From Patescibacteria group bacterium (GTDB taxonomy: Bacteria; Patescibacteriota; Gracilibacteria; UM-FILTER-43-11): a DNA stretch of 62,212 nucleotides. Location: positions 1 through 62,212 of the forward strand of contig JAJDCF010000007.1 in NCBI GenBank assembly GCA_029260955.1, in the 5' to 3' direction. Every line of letters starts with the position of its first letter. Within the stretch, counting starts at the first letter, position 1. This document shows, in pieces, positions 1 to 9,181 of this stretch. Made by a program: the position numbers and the translations under genes. Under the pieces are notes generated by a model, which saw only the letters and a list, made by a program, of their open reading frames with translations, was not told the DNA's origin and did not search any database.

Positions 1-108
1 AAGAACGCCACGGGCAATTAGACACTTAATTCTCGCACACAGGAAACAAAACCAGATTCTTTTTAAGAGCTAGGGCGTAGCCCTAAAAGGAAAACATGTA
101 TTTCATAT

Positions 109-230
109 AACTCGTTTTTATACGAAGTAAGTGCAGTATAACACCAAGATATTGTAGGTTATACGCACTATTTGAGGGTGAAAACGAGTTGAACCTGCTT
201 TTATGCGAAGTGTTTGCGCATAAGATGCAG
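109..230. repeat. Pair of related imperfect palindromes upstream of the recombinase gene (candidate recombination/att-like sites)
   Basis: Nested hairpin 109-190: outer arms AACTCGTTTT (109-118) / AAAACGAGTT (181-190), inner arms AGTGCAGTATAAC (130-142) / GTTATACGCACT (158-169). Second palindrome CTGCTTTTATGCG...CGCATAAGATGCAG at 195-230. Both share a TTTTATRCGAAGT-N3-TGC..ATAA core (116-142 and 199-224). Confidence 0.4.
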
Positions 231-335
231 AATTGTGTAGGTAAAGCGAAATAGAATTTGACCCCTTTTCAAAAAGGGTATAGGCTACTCTCCTTCCACA
301 GGCCCAACCGAATATTAGTATTAAATTGAATTATT

Positions 336-1178
336 ATGAAAACGACGGATTTTAAAATGCACATGTATAAACGTGAGCTTAGCTCTGTTAGGCATGTTAT
401 GCAGCTTCGAGGCTACAGCCCGCGCACTTGGCAGGCATATATTCCTTGTTTGTATCAATATTTTGAGGCAGTTCCGGGTTCGGAGCATTCTTTTGATGAA
501 TGCAAATTGAGGAATTACCTTCTTTCTTTGCAGTCTGAGGGGCTAGCGCCTAATAGCTTGAACATGCATCTTGCAGCGATTAAGTTTTATAAAGCATATA
601 TTCTGAAGGACTTTACTAAGTTGAATCTTCAATTTTCCAAGCGACCTCAAAGGCTACCTGTTGTTTTGTCACGTACTGACATTCAAGAGTTACTTGCTGT
701 AACGCATAATCAAAAGCACAATCTGCTGCTCAGCTTGGCCTACGGTGCAGGGCTTAGATTGGGTGAAGTTCGCATGCTTAAACTTAAGAACTTGGATTTT
801 AGAGAAGGCACTATTACTGTAAGGCAGGCGAAGGGGCAGAAGGACCGTATTACGATTATTCCCTCCAAAATTATTGGTGATTTGGGTGTTTTTGTTGAAC
901 GAAAGGAGCCGAATGACTTTGTTTTTGAGAGTGAGCGAGGTGGATCTATGGCTGCCAGAACTTTGCAGAAAATTTTTGAAAACTCAAAACTGAAGGCAGG
1001 TATTATCAAAGATGCCACTTTTCATTCACTCAGGCACAGTTTTGCAACTCATATTTTGGAAGATGGAACTGATATACGCTATGTTCAGGCGCTTTTGGGT
1101 CATTCTAATATTCGGACAACTCAAATCTATACACATGTGATGAATCCGCATTTGAAGCATATAAAAAGTCCGCTTTAA
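336..1178 (+). CDS. Tyrosine site-specific recombinase (phage-integrase/XerCD family, 280 aa)
   Basis: N-terminal SAM-like core-binding region. Catalytic motifs: AGLRLGE (Arg I), HSLRHSFATH (His-x-x-Arg), LLGHSNIRTTQIYTHV (His and nucleophile Tyr). Its stop overlaps the stop of convergent pfk in the palindrome TTAA (1175-1178). Confidence 0.9.
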   Translation: MKTTDFKMHMYKRELSSVRHVMQLRGYSPRTWQAYIPCLYQYFEAVPGSEHSFDECKLRNYLLSLQSEGLAPNSLNMHLAAIKFYKAYILKDFTKLNLQFSKRPQRLPVVLSRTDIQELLAVTHNQKHNLLLSLAYGAGLRLGEVRMLKLKNLDFREGTITVRQAKGQKDRITIIPSKIIGDLGVFVERKEPNDFVFESERGGSMAARTLQKIFENSKLKAGIIKDATFHSLRHSFATHILEDGTDIRYVQALLGHSNIRTTQIYTHVMNPHLKHIKSPL

Positions 1179-2401
1179 TCTGAAGCTAGAATCTTCTCAA
1201 GATCATATGTTTCAGGCTTTTCTACAAATTTACTCGCTTTTTCGTAATGCTCGGGTTTTAGGTAGTGCATATTAGAGAAGGCCAATTGGTAATCCTGTGC
1301 ATCCACGTCCACAAGTCTTGTTTTGATTTTCCCTGTTTCAGGATCTGCAATATCATTCAGATATAATGGGGTGAATTCGCCGTTAGCCTTAGCAACTACA
1401 ACGCAGCCTGTATGACCTTCATCAAATAGCTTTTTAACACCCATACCCAGCATGGTGCAGTAATTCATATCAAAGGCGGTAGGTGCGCAGGATCTTATTT
1501 CATAGCCAAGTTCGACAGGACGGCTCTTTACGGATAGCCCGATTTTTTTCAATTCTTTTTGCAGTAACATGTTGAAAATATGAGCTTTGGATACAGTCCC
1601 CAATTCCGGATGTCCATGTTCATCAAATGACAGATCGATTCCACAGTTCATGATTTCTGACTCATCCATAAAGTGGAATACACCTTCGCTTATAATAATT
1701 GCGCCGTGATGTACGTCGATTGTTTTTCGTATCAGGATTGATGAAATCATCATGTCTACGATTTTGCAGAAGGTGATTTTTTTACCTTTGAACATTTCCG
1801 GAATGATCACCAGTGGGTAATGGCAGGCTGTTCCGATGCCAAAAGCCAGGTGGCCAGCTTCTCTACCCATGACTGAAACTACGAACCAGTTTCCGCTGCT
1901 TCTGGCGTCTTCGTAAACCGTTTGGGCTATTCTAGTTCCTTCATTTTTTGCTGTTTGAAAACCAAAGGTAGGAAGTCTGTCTGGTAGGGGTAAGTCGTTA
2001 TCAATTGTTTTTGGAACGTGAATATTTTTGATATCTACCTTCTGTTCATTCAAATACTTGGTGATTCGATTTGCTGTAGCAGCCGTATCGTCGCCACCTA
2101 TTGTTACCAGTAATTTAACGTTGTTTTTTGTGAAAAAGGTTGTGTTGAATTCAGAATCTTTTGGCTTGTAGCGGCTCATTCTAAGTACACTTCCTCCACG
2201 ATTATAAATGTAGTCAGCATACTTAAAATCAAATTCGATGAACTCGGGATTATCGGTAAAGATCGTTTTGGTTCCTTCGTTAAACCCAATAACACGCCAA
2301 CCTTCTTTTAAGAAAGATTTTGCAATTGAACTGATCACTGAATTAATACCAGGCGCAGGTCCTCCACTACATAAGATTGCGACTGTTTTTTGTTCGGCCA
2401 T
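1175..2401 (-). CDS. pfp: 6-phosphofructokinase, PfkA family, with the signature residues of PPi-dependent enzymes
   Basis: CSGGPAPGIN nucleotide loop. GGDDT rather than GGDGS, and PKTIDND rather than PGTIDND; Asp and Lys at these two positions are the established PPi-PFK signature. Last gene of the fba-gap-pfk operon. Confidence 0.8.
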   Translation of the reverse strand: MAEQKTVAILCSGGPAPGINSVISSIAKSFLKEGWRVIGFNEGTKTIFTDNPEFIEFDFKYADYIYNRGGSVLRMSRYKPKDSEFNTTFFTKNNVKLLVTIGGDDTAATANRITKYLNEQKVDIKNIHVPKTIDNDLPLPDRLPTFGFQTAKNEGTRIAQTVYEDARSSGNWFVVSVMGREAGHLAFGIGTACHYPLVIIPEMFKGKKITFCKIVDMMISSILIRKTIDVHHGAIIISEGVFHFMDESEIMNCGIDLSFDEHGHPELGTVSKAHIFNMLLQKELKKIGLSVKSRPVELGYEIRSCAPTAFDMNYCTMLGMGVKKLFDEGHTGCVVVAKANGEFTPLYLNDIADPETGKIKTRLVDVDAQDYQLAFSNMHYLKPEHYEKASKFVEKPETYDLEKILASD

Positions 2402-2403
2402 AG

Positions 2404-3408
2404 CTATTTAGTGTTATAAAATAGTTCCATCATATCAACCAATCGGTTGGCATAACCCCACTCGTTATCATACCAGACGACGAGCTTGAGGTAATTACCA
2501 TCCGTTACCTGAGTAAGCTCCGTATCGACAATACCGGAGTGTGGGTTGGTTTTATAGTCGATTGAAACAAGTGGCTCATCACTGTAATCGATGATCGATT
2601 CGAAGCGAGGATCGCGTGCAATTTTGCGGAAGAATTCATTGATCTCGTCTTCACTGGTTCCTTTTTCCAGATGGCAAACAATGTCACAAACCGAACTGGT
2701 GGCAATCGGTACTCTGTAGGCCATGCCGTCTAGCTTTCCTTCCAGTTCCGGAATGATTTTGGCAGTGGCTTTTACAGCACCGGTGGTTGTTGGAATAACT
2801 GATTGCACGGCACTTCGTGATCTTCGTAGGTCGCGTCCTGAATTATCTAGTAAGTTCTGAGAATGCGTGAAGGAATGAATGGAAGAAACAGAGGCATTTT
2901 TTACGCCCCAGTTCTCGTGAAGCAGTTTAATGATAGGGGCGATACAGTTAGTCGTGCAGCTGGCGTTTGAAATCACTTTGTATTCCGGCTTCAGGTCCTT
3001 CTCGTTCACACCGATCACAAAGGTGGGTGTGTTGTCCTTCATGGGTGCGGAGACGAGGACTTTTTCTACTCCTCCCAAATGTCTGGCGGCAACCTCATAG
3101 GTTTTGGCTTTGCCGGTGCATTCGAGCACCATATTAACTTCTTTTTCCTTCCAGGGGATATCACCTGCGTCTTTTATGGCAAAGGATCTTACTTCTTTAC
3201 CGTCAATAATTAGATTCTTATCGTCGTGGCTGATTTCATTTGGCATTTTGCCGTGCAGAGAATCGTACTGCAAAAGATGTGCACGCATTTTATTGTTTTC
3301 ACTGCGTGCATTGATCGCTACAACCTCAATCCCGTTCTTCCTCTGCAGAAGAATACGGTGGACAATACGTCCGATGCGGCCATAGCCATTCAGACCAACT
3401 TTAATCAT
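2404..3408 (-). CDS. gap: Glyceraldehyde-3-phosphate dehydrogenase
   Basis: NGYGRIGR Rossmann motif and SNASCTTNC catalytic-Cys motif. Length 334 aa. Only a 2-nt gap to pfk. Confidence 0.95.
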   Translation of the reverse strand: MIKVGLNGYGRIGRIVHRILLQRKNGIEVVAINARSENNKMRAHLLQYDSLHGKMPNEISHDDKNLIIDGKEVRSFAIKDAGDIPWKEKEVNMVLECTGKAKTYEVAARHLGGVEKVLVSAPMKDNTPTFVIGVNEKDLKPEYKVISNASCTTNCIAPIIKLLHENWGVKNASVSSIHSFTHSQNLLDNSGRDLRRSRSAVQSVIPTTTGAVKATAKIIPELEGKLDGMAYRVPIATSSVCDIVCHLEKGTSEDEINEFFRKIARDPRFESIIDYSDEPLVSIDYKTNPHSGIVDTELTQVTDGNYLKLVVWYDNEWGYANRLVDMMELFYNTK

Positions 3409-3444
3409 AATAATGGAGGGTTAGATGATTAAGTGATTAGATTA

Positions 3445-4455
3445 TTATTCCATGTCAGTTGAGTATTTTCCGAGTGCTGCCAGGCCGTTAAACTTTCCTC
3501 TTTTGGCCAGGGCTGCTTGAGCCTCTTTCACATTCTCCTGGTTATCACTCCAGATTTTTAGGGCAGGCCGTTGAATGCTTCGTCCGTAAGAAAAACTTAG
3601 GGCCCATGGGAATCCGCCAATCTGATTCATGCGGTTTAGTCTTTCAGTTGCCTCAACATCCCCTTGCCCCCCAGAAAGGAAGACAATACCACCAATATTA
3701 TCCGGCACGCCTTCTTTTAGCCCTTCAATCGTTTTATTAGCAATTGTATCTAGGTCTGCTTGCTGTGGGCAGGCTTTACCAGGAAGAATCATACTGGTTT
3801 TTAGAATAGTTCCTTCTGGCGCAACACCTTGCTGCGCAAGTTGGGCAAATAGCATTTTCCAAGTTTTTACACTCACTTCGTAACATATTTCCATAGTGTG
3901 ATCCCCTTCCAAGATAATTTCCGGTTCTACCATAGGAACAATTCCAGCCTCTTGGCACAAGGCTGCATAACGAGCCAGGCCGTGCGCATTACCCATAATG
4001 CATGCATCAGTAGGCATGTTGTCTCCGATGGTAATAACAGCACGCCATTTGGCGAACTTGGCACCGAGCTCTTTGTATTCGGCTAGTCTTTCGCGTAGTC
4101 CTGTCAGTCCCTCTGTAACTTTTTCGCCAGCATGCAAGGCAAGGTCTTTAGCTCCCATATCCACTTTGATTCCAGGAAGCATTCCCCTCTTTGCGAGTTC
4201 TGCCGGGAAGGCTGTTCCGTCATCTGTCTTTTGGCGAAGTGTTTCATCAAAAAGAATCAATCCACTAACACCTTCATTTAGGCCGTCAGCGGTGATGAGT
4301 AGTTGGCGATAGGTTCGTCGACTTTCCTCATTACATTCAACGCCAAGAGCATCAAAACGCTTTTTACAGGTACCGTGGCTTTCATCAATGGCCAAAATTC
4401 CTTTTCCAGGAGCGACCATGGCTTTAGCAGTTTCGGTTAAGGCAGCAATATCCAT
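3445..4455 (-). CDS. fba: Fructose-bisphosphate aldolase, class I (Schiff-base type)
   Basis: GILAIDES motif near the N-terminus and PEGTILKTSM, equivalent to the LLKPNM Schiff-base Lys segment. Length 336 aa. Confidence 0.88.
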   Translation of the reverse strand: MDIAALTETAKAMVAPGKGILAIDESHGTCKKRFDALGVECNEESRRTYRQLLITADGLNEGVSGLILFDETLRQKTDDGTAFPAELAKRGMLPGIKVDMGAKDLALHAGEKVTEGLTGLRERLAEYKELGAKFAKWRAVITIGDNMPTDACIMGNAHGLARYAALCQEAGIVPMVEPEIILEGDHTMEICYEVSVKTWKMLFAQLAQQGVAPEGTILKTSMILPGKACPQQADLDTIANKTIEGLKEGVPDNIGGIVFLSGGQGDVEATERLNRMNQIGGFPWALSFSYGRSIQRPALKIWSDNQENVKEAQAALAKRGKFNGLAALGKYSTDME

Positions 4456-4487
4456 ATTTAAGAAAAATTAGATTTATTATTGATTAA

Positions 4488-5648
4488 CTAAGCAGGAGTT
4501 TCATCATCTTTCTTTTCTGCGTCAGTCTCACCTTCTGTTGCTTCGCCCGATTCGCTTGATTCACCTTGGGGTTTATCTTCACCCTCAGCTGGTGCTTCCG
4601 GTGCTGGTTCTGCTGGAGCCTCAGCAACAGGTTCTGCTGGAGCCTCAGGAGCAGCTTCCTCCTTTGTTTCCTCCGCTGATGTTTCAGGTGCAGCTTCTTC
4701 AACTGGCGCTTCTGGTGTTGATTCAGCAGGAGTCTCTGCAGGAGCTGTTTCTTCAGTTGCTGGAGTTTCAGGAGTTTCTTCTGCGGGTGCCTCAGCAGGT
4801 GCTTCTGGCTCTGCAGGAGTTTCAGGAGCGGGCTCTTCGGCAGGAGTTTCAGCTGGAGCTTCCTCAGTCTTCTCAGGCATTGGGCAAGCGTGACCTTCGG
4901 CCATTTCACCACCACACTTAGGGCATTTAGCAGGTTCAGCAGGAGCTTCGGGCTCTGCTGGTGTCTCTGGAGCAGCTTCTTCTTTTGGTTCTTCCGCAGG
5001 AGCCTCTGCCTCAGCAGGAGCTTCAGGAGTAGCTTCAGGAGTAGCTTCTTCAGCTGCTGGTTCTGCTGGAGCATCTTCCGTTTTCTCAGTTTTATCAAAA
5101 GAAACTTCAACATTTTCTCTCTGCTCTTCATCCTCTACTTCAAAGAATTCTTTATCTTCGAACTTGAACATCTTGGCTACTATGCTGTTAGGGAATTGCT
5201 GTAATTTTGTGTTGAAATCTCGAACAGTACTGTTGTAGAAACGTCGAGCTGCTTGGATTTTATCTTCTGTATCAACCAATTCGTTCTGAAGCTGCATGAA
5301 GTTTTCATTGGCCTTCAAGTCAGGATAATTTTCAGCGACTGCAAACAAAGATTTCAAAGCACCGCTCAACATGTTTTCGGCTTGTGCCTGCTCTTTCATG
5401 TTGCCGGCATTGATGGCCATGTTTCTCGCTTCAGTGACCTTGGTAAATACACCTTCTTCGTGAGTTGCATAACCTTTTACGGTTTCAACCAAGTTGGGAA
5501 TCAAGTTGTAACGCCTTTTTAATTGTACGTCGATATCGGACCAGGCTTCGTCTGCCTGATTTCGCATTTTGATCATCTTGTTATATAGGACTATAACGAA
5601 GGCAATAACCGCGACAACTAAGAAAGCAATAAGCATTAATGGAGACAT
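4488..5648 (-). CDS. lemA: LemA-family membrane protein with a roughly 200-aa acidic Pro/Glu/Ala-rich C-terminal extension containing a CPKC-x7-H-x-C knuckle
   Basis: N-terminal TM helix, then the LemA core (WSDIDVQLKRRYNLIPNLVETVKGYATHE ... FYNSTVRDFN). The tail from about nt 5095 to 4491 is PEAPAE-type low complexity. The knuckle is encoded at about 4875-4927. Confidence 0.85.
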   Translation of the reverse strand: MSPLMLIAFLVVAVIAFVIVLYNKMIKMRNQADEAWSDIDVQLKRRYNLIPNLVETVKGYATHEEGVFTKVTEARNMAINAGNMKEQAQAENMLSGALKSLFAVAENYPDLKANENFMQLQNELVDTEDKIQAARRFYNSTVRDFNTKLQQFPNSIVAKMFKFEDKEFFEVEDEEQRENVEVSFDKTEKTEDAPAEPAAEEATPEATPEAPAEAEAPAEEPKEEAAPETPAEPEAPAEPAKCPKCGGEMAEGHACPMPEKTEEAPAETPAEEPAPETPAEPEAPAEAPAEETPETPATEETAPAETPAESTPEAPVEEAAPETSAEETKEEAAPEAPAEPVAEAPAEPAPEAPAEGEDKPQGESSESGEATEGETDAEKKDDETPA

Positions 5649-5727
5649 GGGATTTATTTTAGAAAATAGTTGACTTCAATTTACCAAAAAAACCCCTAAC
5701 GGGGAAGTCGATGAAGGAGGAGGGGGT

Positions 5728-6234
5728 TCAGTTGTCCATTGTTATCCTTCTATATCCTTGCTTTCTATGTGCTTGCTCTGTCTTTATTGAGATATTTGGT
5801 TCATCAGGTTTATCCGCTTCAAATTCAATATTAGACTGTTTGGCAATTTTTTTGCAGTTACGATAAACAGCACTTAGTAATTCTCTGAGTTTTTCAATTA
5901 GATCTTCTTCTGTGGAAACATCCAGCTCTCGTGTTAGCTCTGAAGTATTTAGGAGCGCCCTGATTTCTATGGGTTCAAGAATGTCTTCATCTACGCCGAA
6001 TGTTGACCCATTTCTCCTTTGGCTATTGCTTCTTATTCTGCCCCTTGATAAGCAAAATACGCTTAGAACTGCTCCCCGTTGTCTTCGGTATAGTCGCATT
6101 AAGCTTTTGGCTTGCTCTTTTTTCACTGTCTCAGGTGATTCACCAAATCCCTCACATATTCTTCCAGTACTACTTATGACTCTTTTGCCTGCTTCAATCG
6201 ATGATTTGAATGGTCTTTTTGGCTTTGGAGGCAT
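5728..6234 (-). CDS. Hypothetical basic protein (168 aa)
   Basis: ORF starts directly after the epimerase stop (6235), which suggests co-transcription. I recognise no motif. Confidence 0.45.
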   Translation of the reverse strand: MPPKPKRPFKSSIEAGKRVISSTGRICEGFGESPETVKKEQAKSLMRLYRRQRGAVLSVFCLSRGRIRSNSQRRNGSTFGVDEDILEPIEIRALLNTSELTRELDVSTEEDLIEKLRELLSAVYRNCKKIAKQSNIEFEADKPDEPNISIKTEQAHRKQGYRRITMDN

Positions 6235-7197
6235 TTATCGAAGATTATCTGAACTGGTCTGGCGAATGCGGTCCAGTCGAATGTTCTCGACTTGCTCTTT
6301 GATGCCATCCTCAAGTTTTACGGTGGGCTCGTAGCCGAGAACTTCTTGGATTTTGCTGATGTCGGCGTTTTGACCCCGGACGTAGCCTTCTTTTACAGGA
6401 TTCTCGATGTATTTTGCTTTTATACCGTTGTTGAAGGCTTTTTCCAAGGCTTCAATGATCTCATTCAGCGAAGTGCCACGACCGGTACCTATGTTAAAGA
6501 CATCAGCGCCAAGTTTCTTATCTGTTTCAATTGCAAGCGTAAGCCCTTGAACCACATCTCTCACATTTGTGAAGTCACGAGTTTGACTGCCGTCACCGTA
6601 AATAACTGGTGCCAGGCCGCGGGCCATGTCCCAGCAGAACTGCGAAACCAAGTTGGCAAACTGGCCTTTAGCTTCTTCGTTGGGTCCGTAAACACTCATA
6701 AACCTAAAGCCGATAATGTCCATATCTGGATTTACCTTGTTGTAACAGGCAGAGCTGTACTCATACATCCTTTTGGTCACAGCGTAGTGATTGATGGGGG
6801 TTACTTCCTGAGTTTCGACCAGTGGCAATGGGTTGTTGCCGTAAAGCGATGAGGTTGAAGCGTAGACGACCTTCTTCACGCCATTTTTGGATGCCCATTC
6901 AAGTACGGTTATAAAGGATTCGATGGAATTCATGTAGCCTTTAATCAGCCCGTCCCCCATAAACATTGGTGCGCTGGAAGTTCCCGCCAGGTGAACTACA
7001 TAGTCTACAGGTCCGACCTTATCCAGGTCTTCCATTTTGCAGGCATCACCTTTTATGAATTTGATGTCAGGATCCAGATTCTTTTCATCTCCCAAGAACA
7101 GATTATCGAGAGCAGTGACCTCATATTTATCTTTGTTGATGTTGCAGAAGTTGGAGCCAATAAAGCCTGCGCCACCAGTAATTAGGACTTTTTTCAT
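6235..7197 (-). CDS. NAD-dependent nucleotide-sugar epimerase/dehydratase (SDR family)
   Basis: TGGAGFIGSN Rossmann motif and YAVTK (YxxxK) catalytic motif. Length 320 aa. Confidence 0.9.
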   Translation of the reverse strand: MKKVLITGGAGFIGSNFCNINKDKYEVTALDNLFLGDEKNLDPDIKFIKGDACKMEDLDKVGPVDYVVHLAGTSSAPMFMGDGLIKGYMNSIESFITVLEWASKNGVKKVVYASTSSLYGNNPLPLVETQEVTPINHYAVTKRMYEYSSACYNKVNPDMDIIGFRFMSVYGPNEEAKGQFANLVSQFCWDMARGLAPVIYGDGSQTRDFTNVRDVVQGLTLAIETDKKLGADVFNIGTGRGTSLNEIIEALEKAFNNGIKAKYIENPVKEGYVRGQNADISKIQEVLGYEPTVKLEDGIKEQVENIRLDRIRQTSSDNLR

Positions 7198-7255
7198 TTG
7201 TTTAAAGCTTAGAGCGTTGCTATTTTACCTCAGTTCTTGTTAAATTGGTACCACC

Positions 7256-8263
7256 ATGGTATTTAGAAAAAAAAGACCAAAACGGCTATACTATCCTACC
7301 AAATCTAGTTGGCACAGAAAGTCCCGCAAGCGGCCTAAAGTCAGGTCATCTCGTAAGATTTTTTCACATAGTATTCGAACTAACTTCACACGTGTATTAA
7401 AGGACTTCCTTCTTTATGTGATCATTGGAGTTGTATTTTTGGGCTTACTTACCTTCCTTATATTTTCGAGTCGTTTTGCCATCAATAAAATTGAAATTGC
7501 CAGAGACAACCTGCACATCGACAGTTCAGCTGTGACAAATTTGTTGGCCAATTATAGAGGTAAAAGTATTTTCACTTTTTCTAAGAGTAAGGCTCAAAGC
7601 TTGATTCAAAAGACCTATCCTGAGTTTGCTCGCGTTGATGTGAGAAAACTGCTTCCGAATACCATCAAAGTCGAACTGGAAACACACGAGATTGTGGCTA
7701 ATATAAAGGCTTACTATGTTTTGCCACAGGTTGAGACTGTTCTGTCTGATATAGATGAGGATGCACTCGAAATTACAGAGGCACTCAAAACAGCTTTTGA
7801 TTTAGAGGTTGGAACGGAGACGGAAGATAAGGAAAAACTTACACCTATCGAGCAAAAGGCTCTTCTAAATAGAATCGGTCAGGCCATTTTTGATCAGGAG
7901 GAGGACCTGCAGCTTATGACCATCAACATCGATGGCCTTTCACAGCCAATTGAGGATCGTGAAATCGTTATTCCAGAGGCTTCAATGGATTATATTGTGA
8001 ACTCTATCAAGTATTTCACTAATCTTATGCAAACAGAAATAACTTCTGTACGCTTTTTGCCAATTGCCAGAGAAGTTCATTTGCAAACTGAGGGTAATTT
8101 GACCCTTTGGATTGGCACCGAAAGGAGTTACAAAGAGCAGATAGATAAGTTACACACCATTTATAAGATTGCCGAACTTGACCAGGAAGATCTTGCTTAT
8201 ATTGACCTTCGCATAGGAGAGAAGCTAATATATTGCCCACGTGCATCAAGCTGCGCTCGCTGA
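7256..8263 (+). CDS. ftsQ: FtsQ/DivIB-like cell-division protein (basic N-terminus, TM helix, POTRA domain)
   Basis: Lys/Arg-rich N-terminus and a single TM helix (LLYVIIGVVFLGLLTFLIF). POTRA-like segment FAINKIEIARDNLHID...ARVDVRKLLPNTIKVELETHEIVA. Confidence 0.65.
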   Translation: MVFRKKRPKRLYYPTKSSWHRKSRKRPKVRSSRKIFSHSIRTNFTRVLKDFLLYVIIGVVFLGLLTFLIFSSRFAINKIEIARDNLHIDSSAVTNLLANYRGKSIFTFSKSKAQSLIQKTYPEFARVDVRKLLPNTIKVELETHEIVANIKAYYVLPQVETVLSDIDEDALEITEALKTAFDLEVGTETEDKEKLTPIEQKALLNRIGQAIFDQEEDLQLMTINIDGLSQPIEDREIVIPEASMDYIVNSIKYFTNLMQTEITSVRFLPIAREVHLQTEGNLTLWIGTERSYKEQIDKLHTIYKIAELDQEDLAYIDLRIGEKLIYCPRASSCAR

Positions 8264-8275
8264 AACCTTTAAAAA

Positions 8276-9163
8276 ATGTTAAGAAGTCTCATCAGCATCC
8301 TCATGCTCACTAGCATCGCTGCTCCAAGTGGTGGGGCTATTTATGATGTTACTGCTCCACAGGCTTTTGATGAAACAAGCTTGTTGGAAGTGAGTCCGAT
8401 TCCTATACTTCGGGATGACGCGCTTAATCCGGACATTGGGGCAAAGGCGGCACTTATTATGGATTACGACACAGGCCTTGTGCTCTACGACAAAAATATG
8501 CACGAAGAGATGCCGATGGCGAGTCTGACCAAAATTATGACAGCTATTTTGATTCTTGAAGACCATGACCTTTCTGAAGTGGTAACTGTTGGCTCAGGTT
8601 TTCCTGATTTAGAAGGAGTACGAATTTGGCTTAGACAGGGCGAAAAGCTTACTGTTCACGATCTTCTGCAGGCTCTTCTTATTCGCTCTGCCGGAGATGC
8701 GGCGATGGCACTAGCTGAGCATCACAGTGGAACGGTAGAAGAATTTGTGAATGCGATGAATGAGCGAACCAAAGAGCTAAATTTGATTCATACACAGTTC
8801 AAAAACCCGGTTGGTCTGGATGACGAGGGGCACTATTCTTCAGCTTATGACCTGGCAATTCTTAGTAAGTATGCCCTACATTTTAGTACTTTTCGGTCTA
8901 TCGTGGGAATGAGTGAGGCCAGTATTTCTTCTGTGGATGACAAGTTTCACCACCATTTCGACTCCACTAATTACCTGCTCAACAGTTACCTTGATATTTT
9001 GGGAGTTAAGACAGGTACGACTGCGGGGGCAGGAAAAAGTCTGATCAACTTGGCTCGTGACGACCGGGGAAATGAGATAATTGCGGTTCTTTTAAATAGC
9101 CCTGCTCGATTCCAAGAGAACAAAAGCATGATCGACTGGGCTTTTCGAAGTTATATGTGGTAA
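8276..9163 (+). CDS. D-alanyl-D-alanine carboxypeptidase (peptidase S11, PBP5-like) with a variant second motif
   Basis: Signal-like N-terminus, SLTK (SxxK) and KTGTT (KTG) motifs. The position normally SGNDAA reads SAGDAA, so the Asn of SxN is replaced by Gly. Confidence 0.8.
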   Translation: MLRSLISILMLTSIAAPSGGAIYDVTAPQAFDETSLLEVSPIPILRDDALNPDIGAKAALIMDYDTGLVLYDKNMHEEMPMASLTKIMTAILILEDHDLSEVVTVGSGFPDLEGVRIWLRQGEKLTVHDLLQALLIRSAGDAAMALAEHHSGTVEEFVNAMNERTKELNLIHTQFKNPVGLDDEGHYSSAYDLAILSKYALHFSTFRSIVGMSEASISSVDDKFHHHFDSTNYLLNSYLDILGVKTGTTAGAGKSLINLARDDRGNEIIAVLLNSPARFQENKSMIDWAFRSYMW

Positions 9164-9181
9164 GTCTCTGACAACTTATTT

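Noticed and set aside
116-224. Resemblance of TATACGAAGT to the loxP arm and of TGCGCATAA to the XerC arm of dif
   Set aside because: The matches cover only 9-10 nt. The partner arms and the 6-8-bp spacer geometry of loxP and dif are not reproduced. I kept them only as generic candidate recombinase sites.
336-1178. Integron integrase (IntI) call
   Set aside because: The protein shares local motifs with IntI, but at 280 aa it lacks the IntI-specific insertion between patches II and III. No cassette array is visible in the window.
4484-5131. 215-aa K/L/Q-rich ORF on the same strand as the LemA tail, plus antisense ORFs 4538-4921 and 4890-5204
   Set aside because: These are alternative-frame readings of the GC-skewed PEAPAE repeat DNA. 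The LemA frame is continuous with a conserved N-terminal domain, and the alternative products are pure low complexity.
5912-6852. Antisense ORFs of 140 aa (5912-6334) and 186 aa (6292-6852)
   Set aside because: They lie opposite the well-supported epimerase gene and the 168-aa gene, and have no motifs. They are typical shadow ORFs.
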